DNA from: Azolla caroliniana
Taxonomy: Eukaryota; Plantae; Polypodiophyta
Assembly (NCBI GenBank): GCA_043228905.1
Contig: JBHGNT010000014.1
Coordinates: forward strand, 10,354,001 to 10,418,000
Direction: 5' to 3'
DNA: 64,000 bases
Positions within the stretch are counted from its first letter, which is position 1; each line of letters begins with the position of its first letter. Below the pieces are notes generated by a model. The model did not search any database and was not told the DNA's origin. It saw only the letters and a program-made list of their open reading frames with translations. The position numbers and the translations under genes were made by a program. Shown one piece after another: positions 46,988 through 60,441 of this stretch.

Positions 46988-47560
46988 ATATCATCCAAGA
47001 AAATAATGACAAAACAATTTCCAAGTTTTTCTCGAAAAATGTCATTCATTTCTTCTTCAAATTTGGCTTGCGCATTGGTCAAACCAAAAGGCATGACAAA
47101 GAACTCATAATGGCCATAACATGTATGAAATGTTGTTTTAATAGAAATATCCTCCTCACTTATACGAATTTGATGGTAGCCTGTACAAAGCTCAAGTTTT
47201 GAAAATATCAAGCTCCCTAGAGACAATCAATCAAATCGTCTATGCAGGGCAATGGATATGAATTCTTAATCTTCACTTTATTCAAGTGTTAGTAATTAAT
47301 ACACATGCCATGTGCCCTCTTTCTTCTTCTTTTTTACTAAAAGAACATGTGCACCCCATGGAGATTTACTATAACATATATAACCCATTCGTGAATATTC
47401 CTTGAGTTGCTTAGATACCTCATCCTCTTCGGATCATCTTAATCGATACAATGTATACTTATAGGTGCAATCCCAATAAAAAGATGGTCTATATTGCATA
47501 TAGGAGGTAATCCATATGGTAGTTCACTTGGAAAAGAATCACGAAAATCATTTAAGATTT
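46988..47560 (-). mobile_element. RT N-terminal fragment of old host gypsy element
   Basis: [43 protein letters not shown], then interrupted by the copia LTR. Confidence 0.85.
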
Positions 47561-48637
47561 CATCGAGTAATTGTTCGTGACACTATTGATATTATAAACT
47601 TGAATGTCTGTATCAAGTACACAATCAAATAAGTAGTAGAACAAGACAATTGGATATTGACGGCAAGGGAACATTCAAGGAGATTGTTATTTAACACATT
47701 ATATAAATGGGTACAATCAATTATCGTTTAGTGTAAAATATATTGAATGGTGAACTCAATCAATAGATAAAGAAGAGTTTTATTTAAAGAACCGGGGAAA
47801 ACCCAATATTACATAAATGGTATAAAGATTCATTACATGGAAAACTAATTGTTCTACATACGTATCAATGTAAATTGCCCATGAATGAATTGCTTTGTTG
47901 ATGTATTGTACTCATCCATAAGCCAATTGCACCTTATAGGTGTGATCACTTATGGTGGGTTGGATTCCCCATATCTTCTGAACCAAATGATCATTCACAA
48001 AATTATGCGACCTTCCCGAGATCCATTGATGTACTCATTTGCATGGAGTAAAGCATTGGATCCCATATAAGTACATATATAGTGAGGGAAAGAACATTTA
48101 CAACTACTCGGGGCGCTTGATTTGAGTCGAATGCCTGCCTATAAGTCGGTTGGGTGCCTACCCTAAGACAGTCAGGCACATGCAGTCAGAGAGGAGGGCT
48201 CCAAGTGATTAAAGTCAGTTAGAGTTGGGGGCTTGGCGAGAGAGGTTGGTAGCTTTTTGGATGGCGCGCTTTTCAGGATAAAGATCGGACGATGCAGATC
48301 AAACCCAACCTCAACTAAGTGTTTGTGACCGCGATTCCCTCACCAAGCGTCTTTATGATTTGATAGCAGAGGTATCTCCAGAAGTCTACCTACCTACCAT
48401 ACATAGATATGTACATACATAGATGCATAATATATGTATGTACATAGTACATGCATAGATACATACATCATACATACATATATGATATATGTATGCATGA
48501 ATTTGTGTGCTACTGTGTGTGTGTGTTATATAGAAGAGAAGGAAGAGACGCAGAGAAAGAAGAGTAGTAAAGTAAGCAAGGGACAACAGGGTTTTAGTTG
48601 AATACACAGAAAGATACATACAGAGTGATATAGAGAC

Positions 48638-51600
48638 ATGCTGGTGGCAGCTCTGCGGCGCCCATCGCCGAACCCTCTGTTGCTTTTCCCATCTCCTCTC
48701 AGAGCACCACCATCATCACCATCATCAGCATCAAATGATCGATCTTTCCTTTCTCGCCTGTGGTCCTCCATCGCCCACCACCACCATCATCAACAACAGA
48801 ATGCTCTTCTTCTTGTTCGTCTTTACTCCTCAGATCGCAAAGATGACAAGGACCCACTTCCAGAATTGGACGACGTAGCTGACAAGTCACTCCACAATGA
48901 CGTTTCCTCAGATGGAGGTAAGATTAGTGAGAGTAAGCTCAAAGCGAAGAAAGAGAAGGCTCAGGATGAACAATCTGTGGCTAAGGCAACATTACCTGGA
49001 CTTTGGAAACGTTTCCTTATGAAGCCTAAAGAGGTTAAGGAGGTCAAGGAGAACAAAGAGGTTAAAGAGACCAAGGATCTTAAAGAAGCAAAGGAGAAAG
49101 AGAGTACTGAAAGTAAGGAGCTCAATGAAGTGAAGGAGATTGTAGAGGTGAAGGATAGCAAGGAGAGTGACGGAGCAGCTTCATCTGCTGCAGCAAATGC
49201 ACCCGAGAAACGCCCTGATGCCATTGTTCCCACTTTTGTTCGCTACGAGAAAGTTCGAGAGGTAAGTGACATGAGTATCTGAAAAGGAAACAGAAAAAAC
49301 ACTTAAAAAACTCACGAATTTGTGTAATTTATACTTGCCGAATTTTTCAAATTACTTTTCAGTTTGTGTATAACTGAAGGTAGAAGAATTTGCCAAAATC
49401 TGAGAAATGCTTAAATTCTACAAACATTTCTTTTATACATAAATTCTCATATTTCAAAAGGTCATGGCTTCTAACTTTGTAGGAAATCTACCCTTTGAAT
49501 GGCGTTTGCTATGAGAAATATATTGAATAACATTTTAACTAAGAATTTTTTTCGGTTTGATAAAGTCTAAGAAGTAAGGATGATGGGAAATGAGAAGAAA
49601 TCCTTAACTGGTTTATTAAATCAGATTAGGGATTTGCTGTACATCAGTTTTAAATAAGAAGCATGCATTTTTACTTTTTGTGACATGCCTATTTACGTAA
49701 ATTTCCCTAAGGTATACCCATTGTAAAGCATCAGTCTACTCATACACTTTATGCCATTAATCATGCAATATATAGCTCACATTTCATTATATGGATACTC
49801 TCTAAAGGATCTTTAATTTGTTCATTTCAATTACCAACACAACATTAGCTCAATCCTTACTTGCCAAACAATCTAGATTTTATTCCGTTCAATTACAAGA
49901 CTCATAAAGGCCTGGGTTTGCTATGGGATTACTCCTCTGTGTGTGAGGTCGATCTGTATATCCTTCAGTTTGATTAGAAGCACCCAATCATGGTATGTAG
50001 GTGTTTATATTATCTTTTTTCTTTTCTAATCTACACTGTGGGTCCACCTTAACTTGTGCTACCCATCTATGAACAATTCCTTTGCCTTAATTTAGGAATA
50101 TCTTAGTTTATATTGGGAAACAAGAGTGGTAATCAATTTATGCCAATGAGGCGACGACATTTGCTCCTTGTTGATCATAGGAATATTTAAGAAGAACTTG
50201 GCAACACATGGCAAAGGTGTCAGTGCTTGGAGAAATTGGCAGAATCAATATAAAGTGAGGAATGGGAACATAAAAAAACCTAGAGAATTGGTTAGTTGTT
50301 GAGAGGAGGGTGGGAATTTTTGACATCAGATGTGTTGTGCGGGATTTGTAAGGTAGCTGCAGAGATATATCCATGTGCTGTCCTCAAGTTTGATGGCCTT
50401 ATCAAAAATCTTACTACTTCGAGTAAGGAATGCCAACTTTCCATGTTTAGTACCGAAGACTCTTGCAACACATCCAATAGTCTTACAGGTCATGTTACTG
50501 GTCGCTCTAGGAGGATAAAGATGTTGTTGATGATGTTGCTAGTTTGGTTGATGATGTTGTCGCGTTGAACTTCCAGGATTTTATTCAACGGGAGAGAGAA
50601 GTGAAGAAGAAGGTTGGGGGAAAGAGCGTGGGATTATGTGGAATAGATGCCAAGAATGAAGTGAAACAAAATACTTTTATTACTTGAATATATCAATCTA
50701 CACTACTGAAATGATAACATTTTAATTGTCTCTGTAAGATGAGCCTCTCATATATTTGTAGGGAGAGAGATTCAAACTCTTTCTTGTTGCTTGATGGATG
50801 AAAGCTTTTGTGATAGGCTATTGCTCATTGTAGCACACTTCCTTTCTCCCTCATATTTTCTCTGATCACTATCTTCTTTTTCTTCACTTCATTGTAAGCA
50901 AAACATAAGGAATTATAGACGAAAGAAAGGAAAGAGGGGTGCCAAACCACTCGACCGCCCCCTAGCAACGACGTGAGACAGATCCAACCCCCTCAATGTC
51001 CCATACCATGAAGGGTTGATGTGAGTCTTACCTTGGGTTGCATGAGTATCGCACGTGTTTAGCTAACAAGAGCCATACCACACTGTCATAGTCTCAACAT
51101 AAGTCAAGCCCCCCCTTGATAAGAAGGTAGTTAGCCTTCTTATATAGGTGGAAACCCTAGGCCCTAGGGTGTTCAGACTTGGCTACTTTATGTGAAGTGG
51201 TCAAGTGATAACACACTTAACAATCATTCCACACCATAAAATTGAATATTACAATGGTAATGTGATGACACATGGAGGCCAATGAAAATATGTATTAGTT
51301 AATTACATAAATTAAGCAGGTGAGACCTTTGGGATTTCTTAATCCTTCACCATGCAAACTTAAATCTGTTTAGGTGAACAAAACGTTTCTGGTAGCTCTG
51401 ATGTAAATAGGAGATAAAAACAATGAGCAATCTCTATCGTAGAGCTCTTTGTGTGGACAACTTGTATCATGAACTGGCTGTTCTACTTTCACTTACTATT
51501 TTTTTGATTTACTTAGATAATTTTGAATCTGACTTTCCTCAGTGCTATATAATATCAATCTCATTGTCATGTTAAATTTCAACAGAGAAACAACTTGCCA

Positions 51601-54600
51601 AGTGCATAAACTTTGCCAATCTATCTTTGGAATGCAACATTTGGATCTTGGTATATTTGAGTATGTAATGGAATTATTTTCTTGCTTCTCACTCGGTCGT
51701 GTACTATGATTCGTACACATACACATCAAATTTGAAAATCTCAGATATGTGTCTAGACCTTGTATGTATAATATATATATGCATACATCCATGCACATGT
51801 AGAACTATTTATGAGAGGAGCTTATGTAGAAACATGTATAGTGTTGACACACAGATGAATATATCAAAACTAAACCAGTTTACCTTATGGAGCTTTCTGA
51901 ATGTGTATGAATATGATGTTGGTATTGGTTTGCCAGCCAGCCCCCTCAAGGAAACATGTTCTACTTTTTTAGTGTGATGTGTGATTCCTCAGCTGGAGGA
52001 GTATATTAAACTGTTTAAAATTCACAATTGATCTAATACATATATCTCTTATTTTTGTTCAGTTTTTTTTTGCTTTCAGTTATATTTATTCATAATGCAT
52101 GCTGGAACAAAATACTGCGTCTTATCACTTGCAATCTTTTTCTGATGTGATGTTAAAATTGTGTTTAATGATAACACGTTGCTGGAATAATTCCTCATTC
52201 TACTGGCTAAGAGACCAAGAGAAGGTGATACTGAAAATAATGACATGGCATGTCTTCTGGTGGAGTAATGTCCTAGCAGGACGTTAGAAAATTGGCACTG
52301 TATTCGTCAACTTTTTAATTGATAAAAACAAATATTATCCAACATTATATTTTGATAGGAGAGATTCCAATGATATGGTTTGATTTGATCAGTTCTCAGT
52401 TTACGCACCCTTTCTGTTCGAAAAATGAAGTTTCTATGCCTAATGGCTTAATTGCTGATTGACTGCAGGTTCTTATCGTTCCATTGACGGAAAAACCTGC
52501 TTTCCCTGGTCTCTACAGAGCTCCCACAATTACGGTAGGTGAATCTATCTTTTAAAACAATAAAATTTCCACTATATTTTTTCTTTTACATTGTAAGTTG
52601 GTAAAAATTTACTATAATGTTTAATCTTGATATAGGACTCAAAGTTGATCGACAAAATCTTAGAAGATAAGGCTGCCGATAAACGTTTTGTAGGTGCATT
52701 TCTTCTGAAGGACTCTTCACAATTTCGCTCAGGCGTTCCTTCTTCATGGATAAGCGAAGCAGAGCCGAAAGAGGAGGATAAACTGAGGGGGGTTTCTTTA
52801 TACAAGCAGCTGTATGAGTATGGTACACTCTGCAAGGTTTGCTTGTGGTTTTTCTGCTCTTCTGTATCATTAGCCTATAGATGATGTGTTTGAATTGAAT
52901 AAAACACTGATTGTTGAAAAAGTTTTTTTTCCATATTTTAAGGTGAAGAACGTAACCAGAATGTTCAATCCGCCACAAGTTGTGTTACAAGGCCATGTCC
53001 GGCTGCGATTGACAGGCATAGTGAGTTTCTTACATTGAAGTGTTCAATAATTTGACTTTGTTCATTCATTTTAAAGTTTGGTTATTCTGCCTTTACAGGT
53101 TTCCGAGGATCCTTTAGTTGCATCTGTAGAATGGGTCAAGGTCAGTGCTTTGATGCTGTATGATATGAAGTGGTTTGTCATGTATATATGTTGCATGTAT
53201 CTCTATCTTTAAGTTGAGAGTCCATTATTGTGAAACAAGATAAATCTTAGTATTCTGTATTCATTTAAATAATCAAAAGTTCATTTGGCCATAGAATTAT
53301 GATATATATATATATATATATATATGTCCTCAACGAGAGTCAGCTTTGATTCATTGGGAGTAGTACCATGCGTTCTGAGCTGAAATCTCTTGTCTGACAC
53401 ATATTAAAGACCGTGCATGTTTTCTCAGCTGTTTTTCCTTTGTTCCAACCTTCTTAACGTTCTTTCTCTCTATCTGGTGTAAAATATGTCCCATATTGAG
53501 GCACATCATTGTAATACTCCAGGTGTAGAAGTGGAGATTTTTATAATGGTATAGCAATATTGTAGTTTAAATTATTCCTAACTTCTCTTGTTTTCTGCAA
53601 TGATAGAACTGAAGCACATGTTTTTTTTGACTGGATACTATGTACTTTGCAGCTGTATTGTTTGGTTCATATTTTTCTATATTTGCACTTAACTTCTTAT
53701 CTTTTAATGTTGAAGTGAACACATCTGCTTGAGTTTTATAATTGCATGAGACCAGGAGGCCATACTGAGTCACTGATCACTGTTGATTCCATTGATGATA
53801 GGACAGTGAATAATCATCACTGTTGATTCCATTGTTCCAAGGCCGTTTATACATGGCCATCTGAAAAGTCTTTGATTTACTGCTTTTTAAACTCATCTTT
53901 CTTCAACTAATTAAGGTGCAGTATAAACTTGTAATCCCTATTTGTGGGTTCTAGTTATTTATCGTGGGAATCATGTGCCTATGAATGTTTAGCATGATTT
54001 TTTTGATATATACTCAATTAGCACATGAATCATATGTTAGGAACAATAATGCACAAATGATTGGAGTCTTATAATCTTTCACTAACAATAAAGTGCATGG
54101 AACCTGGAATCCTCTTGTGGTATCTATACTCAATTAGCATGGGAATCATGCATTAGGAACATTAATGTACAAATGATTGGAACTTATCATCTTTCACCAA
54201 CAATCAAGTGCACAGTAAAGTTGGAATCCTCGTGTCCTGAACCAATTAAAGTAGTCAAATATATGAAGTATTTTCTGTATTGATTTCAATTTAGAGCATG
54301 AATATTAATTGATTAGTATACGCTTATAACATTGGTTTCAACATCCCAGGAAAGTGAAAACTGGAAATCAACTGAGAATTAATTTCTGAAACATGATTGA
54401 AACAACTGTGTTACGCGGCCTTATTTTTTTCAAGTTTTTGTGTCCTATGTTAACAAACAAATATTTGACTGAGCTTTCTAAGTAATTGGAATTATCATTC
54501 TGGATATAAGACAATGGTGACTGTTCTGGAGTGTATACTGTTTGTTATTTTATTATATAATGTGCAAGATCTCACATAAGCATTCTGAAGACTTCTGTAA

Positions 54601-57600
54601 CCAAGTTGGTTTCTTTTGCTTAAATGCTGTGTGAAATCGATCCAGAAAGAGATCCAAGTGAATGGACATGGTGTATTGTGATGTAAGATATTCATGAAGC
54701 ATAGTGATAAATTATTAATGTTTCAAAGTCTGGTGCTATATTTCCTGTATAGGACAAGCCTTTTGATGCTGAAAATGACGTTCTTAAGGCCACTCTTCTT
54801 GAGGCAATAAGTACTATGCAAAGTCTGATGATGTTGAGCCCTTTCTTCAGGGAGGGGATTAGTCAATTTTTGCAGGTATCACATGATTTTGAGTACAATA
54901 AAATAGTGTTCTTGTGTGTTTAGAAATTTTGAAGTCTATTCAGGTGATGTAACCGTCTCCATAATTTGGCACAGAGCGGAGGTTCTTTGTATCCACCTCA
55001 AGTGGCTGATTGCGGTATTGGATTGTCAACAACTGAAGGGACTACCCAGCAACAGGGTTTGGAAGAACTGGATGTATGTTTCAAACTCCTTTATCAAGGA
55101 AACGTTTTTAAGTAACTATTGCTATTTAACTGAATATTCATTTCTTCATGTTGTGGACTTAATCCAGGTCCTGAAGCGCTTAAATATGGCCCTTACACTC
55201 TTAAAGAAAGATCTTGATATCTACAAGCTACAGGTCTAAATTCATTCCTGAATTCAGAGCAAACATATTTGGGGGAAATGTTGTGTTTAGAGTTGATGGC
55301 TGGAATCATTCAAATTTTTTTATCAGACCATTGAATGTTCTTATTAACTCTCCAGTATCTATCTTAGAGTTAGTGTTTGATAGTCAGAATTTGTCCAAGC
55401 AGGCATCCATAGCAAAAGCTATTGAAGAAAAAGTAAGTGGAGAACAGCGCCGATTTTTCCTCATGGAGCAATTCAAAGCTATTAAGAAGGTAGTTTTTCA
55501 TAAGTGTGACTTCCGTAAATCAACAATCACTGTCGCATATTTTTGCATATGCTTTACTCAGGAAATCAAACTGAATTAATCACATGAACAGGAATTAGGA
55601 TTGGAGACAGACGATAAGACAGCACTAAGTGGTTAGTTTGAATATATTGGACGCATATCTTTATATTCTGAAGATTGAAATTGAGAAGTAGTCTGTTTTT
55701 TATCTATATCTGTTGGATGCAGCAAAATACAGGGAGCGGATGGAGCAACATAAAAGTGGATGCCCTCCTCATATTCTTCAAGTTATTGAGGAGGAGTTAA
55801 CCAAGCTTCAGCTTCTAGAGGCTAGTTCTAGTGAATTTAATGTGACTAGGAATTACCTTGATTGGCTAACTTCGATGCCTTGGGGTCAATACAGGTTACT
55901 ACTTGGCATTCATCTCTTTTTCTTCTTCTTCATAATACTATGGTTTGTACGATTTGAGACTTACAGTTTTATGGGTTTGTGGACAGCAAGGAGAATTTTG
56001 ATGTTAGTCGGGCAAGGAAAATTTTGGATGAAGATCATTATGGACTCACTGATATAAAGGAAAGAATCATGGAGTTCATTGCTGTTGGGAAGTTGAGAGG
56101 AACTGTGCAGGGTATTCTTGATTGTTCTGTGTGTGCAATGTTTTTCAGAATGCTGTTATTCTGCTAAATCCTGATTCATGACATTGATGATTATTTCTGT
56201 ACTCCATGTCTGGCATGCACTATTTTTGCTGTATGATTGGTTGATGTGTTAAGTAAATAGGATAGGTTCAAGTATTTATATATTGCTTTATGTTGCTGTG
56301 CTAAATCGTGATTTGTGGCATTGGTAATTATTCCTGGAGTTCATGTCTAGCATGGGAATTTTTGGTTTTGATCAATCAAAGTGTTAGGCAGAGTGGTCTA
56401 GACTTAAAGACCACTTATGGTGATCTTGCTCCTCTATTTGGAAAAATGGGGTTTTAGAAAGATGAATATGAAGCTCTTTGGTTCATCTGATTAATTTTGT
56501 GAAAATGATTGTCAAATTAATGAGCTGTAAAATAAATGTTTACAGGTAAAATAATATGCTTGTCTGGACCTCCTGGTGTTGGCAAGACAAGTATTGGAAA
56601 GTCAGTAGCTAAAGCATTGAATCGTAAATTCTTTCGCTTCTCTGTTGGAGGGTTGAGTGATGTTGCAGAGATTAAGGTATCTTGTATGACCTAGATCTGT
56701 TACATTTGGAAGTCAAAACTTTTGCCACCAAAGACTCATATTCTTTATATTTCAGGGACATCGAAGAACCTATGTTGGTGCAATGCCTGGGAAAATGGTT
56801 CAGTGCTTAAAGGCAACCATGACAGCTAATCCTCTTGTACTTATTGATGAAATCGATAAGGTAAGATATTGCACATAAATACTTGGCTTGATCAGTTGAA
56901 CAACGTTTAAATGATATAGCCTCTTGAATGCAGTTGGGACGAGGACATGCAGGCGATCCTGCTAGTGCACTTCTAGAGTTGCTGGATCCAGAGCAAAATG
57001 CCAACTTTTTAGATCACTACCTTGATGTTCCGATTGATTTGTCAAAAGTAAGCATTTTATACAACAGACTGTCAAATTATGTTTGAGCCTATGGCTAACA
57101 AGTGAGAAAATTCCAATGCACAGGTATTATTTGTATGCACAGCAAATGTAATTGAGACGATACCAGGACCATTACTGGATCGTATGGAGATTATTCGCCT
57201 TGTTGGATATATAAGTGATGAGAAGATGCACATTGCACGGGACTATCTAGAGCCTGCTGCACGGTCAGGATGTGGTATCAAACCAGAGCAAGTATGCATG
57301 CATATTTATTGCTTTTCCATGGCTTTTTTCTGTCAGAATGGTTTTTGGTTTCCAAAACTTTTTGATGTTTTCTACAGGCTATAATAACTGAGGGTGCACT
57401 GCATGTGCTGATTGAGACATACTGTCGTGAGGCTGGAGTCCGAAATCTTCAGAAACAGATAGAGAAGATTTATAGGAAGGTCTGTGTTAAACTTTATTTA
57501 TGAATGCATGTATTTTCTATTATTCAACTGACTTTGTTTGACATCTGAGAATGTAAATCAGGATTACATGTGCTGTTTTTAAGTGATTGGCTGCTTCTGA

Positions 57601-58484
57601 TAGCCTTTGCTTTCTGCACTGTGAGAATGTATTTACATACGATTTTCCGCCAATAGTTTTCTTTTTCCCTTTTGAAAATGCAGGGTCACCATTGTTGAAA
57701 GTTATGTGGATTCATGATGCTCTTTTTCAACTTGTTTGTTTTTTATATTTTAGACAGCGAATCATGTATTCGTGTTCTCGATTAGTTCTAACAGTCTTCA
57801 TATTTTTGAGGTTCTAATCCTTTGTAAAATTCTATGTTTTCTGCATAATATCACAGATATGTACATAAACACACTCACACATGTCCTCACATATTAATAA
57901 TGTTATTGTTTCTGCCATTTGCAATTTCTCAGTTTCTTGTTTCGTTGGCCTTTCTGTTTTTTATTATCACTGATCAATATTAGTGCTTGTGCAGATTGCG
58001 CTCAAATTGGTTTCAAAGGATGCAGAGATTCGTGAGAAGATGAAGGTTGTTGATGTACCCACTGGATCAGATGAGAATCAGAAAGAACAAATAGTTGGTA
58101 ACCAAGAGCAGGAGCAAGCAGATGAAGCTGTCAAAGCAGAAGAGGGAGGGAGAGAACCCGCTGAGTCTACTGAATCTGCCGAGGTTGTCTCGGAGGTAAT
58201 TATAGATGAAGAAAACGTATTATCTGGTGAACCAGATGATATGGGAAAGGAGGTGAAAGGAGAGAGTAATGAAGAAACAGTAGTATCAGAGCAGGTACAT
58301 GGATTTTAGGTTAGCGAATAAGTAATTCTCTATTTGCATTTATGAGCACAGACTTTCCGATCTGCAGGTTGAAGAAGACATTTCCCAGAAAGAAAGTAAA
58401 GTTACAGAAGATTTCACCAAAGAAAGTGAATTAAAGGAGCAATCACCTCCAGGAGATCAAAGCAATGAACCAACTTCAGAGAAG
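48638..58484 (+). CDS. LON1: Lon protease homolog, mitochondrial/organellar type; spliced, 3' end (protease domain) beyond window
   Basis: GT-AG exons read by eye: 48638-49261, 52469-52534, 52636-52836, 52943-53020, 53099-53140, 54753-54875, 54975-55073, 55168-55233, 55403-55489, 55592-55631, 55723-55894, 55987-56111, 56546-56676, 56756-56860, 56934-57047, 57124-57291, 57378-57479, 57995-58294, 58368-58484. Motifs [20 protein letters not shown], Walker [22 protein letters not shown], Walker [18 protein letters not shown]. Arg/Ser-rich transit-peptide-like N-terminus. Confidence 0.93.
50893..51222. mobile_element. Possible solo LTR in Lon intron 1
   Basis: TGTAA...TAACA termini, flanks TTCAT/ATCAT, internal TATA-like site and GC-richer composition than the flanks. 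Confidence 0.4.
54009..54236. repeat. Diverged ~115-bp tandem duplication in Lon intron
   Basis: tatactcaattagca...ggaatcctc occurs twice (about 54009 and 54126). Confidence 0.8.
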
Positions 58485-58784
58485 GTTAGATATAATAGTA
58501 GCAATATACAATATTTATTACAATTGCTGGTAACAAAATGAAAAGACAGAAAAACTGTAAAATATTATATTTAACAAAACAAAGTGATGTCAGAAATAGA
58601 GGGTAAGGTGATTAGATCCATGCATAGAGGTTGTTGGTATGATCACATACTGAGTTTGTAAGGTAATAAATATCCTACCAGTTAGATGATGTCATTGACA
58701 TTAATGGACGTGATCAATGGAGTTCTGCTGTATATGGAAGATGTAAATAGATAAGGTTTCCTAATTATTGATGTGGAAGCAGTA

Positions 58785-59020
58785 TGTTGTGTGGATGTAT
58801 GTGAAAGGAGAAAAGTTGAGAAGAGAGGTAGGAATAAGCTAGTATAAACATTCACAAGAGGGGGGATGAAGGTATTAAGCACAAGAGAAAAAAGGTTCAT
58901 TCATCATCACATTACAAAGTAGGCATTTATATACATGTTCCGATACACCAACCATATTGAATGTGGTAAGTCTATGACTGGGTTTACGCCAAAATGTGGT
59001 TGGTTTACACTCCCCCTCAA
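58785..59020 (-). mobile_element. Possible short copia-type LTR with PPT remnant
   Basis: On minus, GAGGGGGAG is followed by TGTAAAC at 59009, then TATATAAA, with a candidate ...CAACA end at 58785. Confidence 0.35.
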
Positions 59021-59099
59021 AACTGGTTGGTTTACGCTAGAAGAGAGAGAGAGAGAGAGAGAGATTAACGTCTTTTAAGAGGCCAAAATGGCCTATAAG

Positions 59100-60061
59100 A
59101 CCAAATAAGAGATTACATCTTGAGTGTTGTCTCGTCTTTGAGAACAAATCAAAATAAAATAAATACTACACAGTAAATAAGATGAAAAGAGAAGAAACGA
59201 GGGAATCTAGTTTTTGGCACATGTGAGATTCTCAAGCTAGGTATATTGTAGCTTTTGTCTTCGAAAGATCTCTAGCATAGGTCGATTCAGAATGGAAATG
59301 TCTCCGAAGCGAGGGAAGCATCTACGATGGCGGGAGATAATGGCTTTTATCTGTCGATGACAAGGGTGTCGAAGGCGTGGTCTACGTGCACGGCAAATTG
59401 CTATTGCCCGATCAATTGTAACCCCTTTGTTATGTCCTGGTCTGAAGCCCATTTGTGTATCCCGTGATGGACTTGTAGAATTAGTAGGAGTGATGGGGCT
59501 AAAGAAAGTTGTGATTGTTCTTTGTGGATGAGCTTGTGTGGCTGTATTCTTCAACAACTTTTCTCGATGTCTCTTGAGCTCTAGCAAGAAAAGTCCTAGG
59601 CATCGTTGGTCCTCATATTCCGTTACTTTGCGTAGTGGGCCAAAGCCTTGTTTAAAGAGGCAATGGTATCTCCCTCTGATTTCATAAAAGACACTACAAT
59701 GACAAACATAGTGTTCCTCAGATTCCAGTCTTTGATGACACAATTGGCAAATTCTCTCTTCTAGAGGTAGTTGTGTATATCTGCCTACCTCAATCTGTAG
59801 CTGATGTGATGAAGTTCGCAGCTGCCGTATCACACTACGCAGCGCATGGGATAGATGTATGTCCATATAAGGTGGCCTGATGACGAATCTATCCTCCGAT
59901 GTATGTAAGAAGTGCATCTTATAGTGGGCCATCTTTGTACCAAGTGGTATTTTGGGGCTGATCCATGTTATCTTGTTTTCCAAGTTAAGAATATCAGTTC
60001 GGATCACTCTATTCTTTTTCACTTTGGTCATATTTAGGTGGGGACAGTCCAAGCTATATTG
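59100..60061 (-). mobile_element. 3' portion of a LINE (non-LTR retrotransposon) ORF2 in Lon intron
   Basis: ORF 60052-59237 with LRTSSHQLQIEVGRY..EERICQLC..ESEEHYVCHC, the C-terminal Cys/His motif of non-L1 LINE ORF2 proteins. Cut at 60061 by a copia insertion. Confidence 0.8.
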
Positions 60062-60396
60062 TGTTGGGATTACGGTCCCTCCGGATGGGATGGTCAGATG
60101 TCCGGGAATCGGGAATGAAGACCCGAATGAGGAGTACCCGGTATCGGAGCCGGATGATGAAGACCCCGGCTACGGAGCCGGATGATGAAGACCCCGGCTA
60201 CGGAGCCGGATGACGAATGTACCCGGAGAGAGATCCGGATGCGGGGACATATTTGTGAATATGTTTGCCAAGGGCCCTCTAGGCTATATTTGTAAATAGC
60301 CCGAAAGTCATATGTGTATAAATATGACTTAGGGCAAACAGTTGTTGTTGTTGCTCATTTTTCTGGTTTCCACTTAGAGGGAGCGAAGTGAGAGCA

Positions 60397-60441
<45 letters not shown>

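Noticed and set aside
48386-48619. Upstream or antisense small ORFs near Lon
   Set aside because: Low-complexity AT/CA/GA microsatellite-like 5' region
56150-56365. Duplicated intronic segment as alternative exon
   Set aside because: Diverged ~80-bp duplication with no Lon-like coding frame
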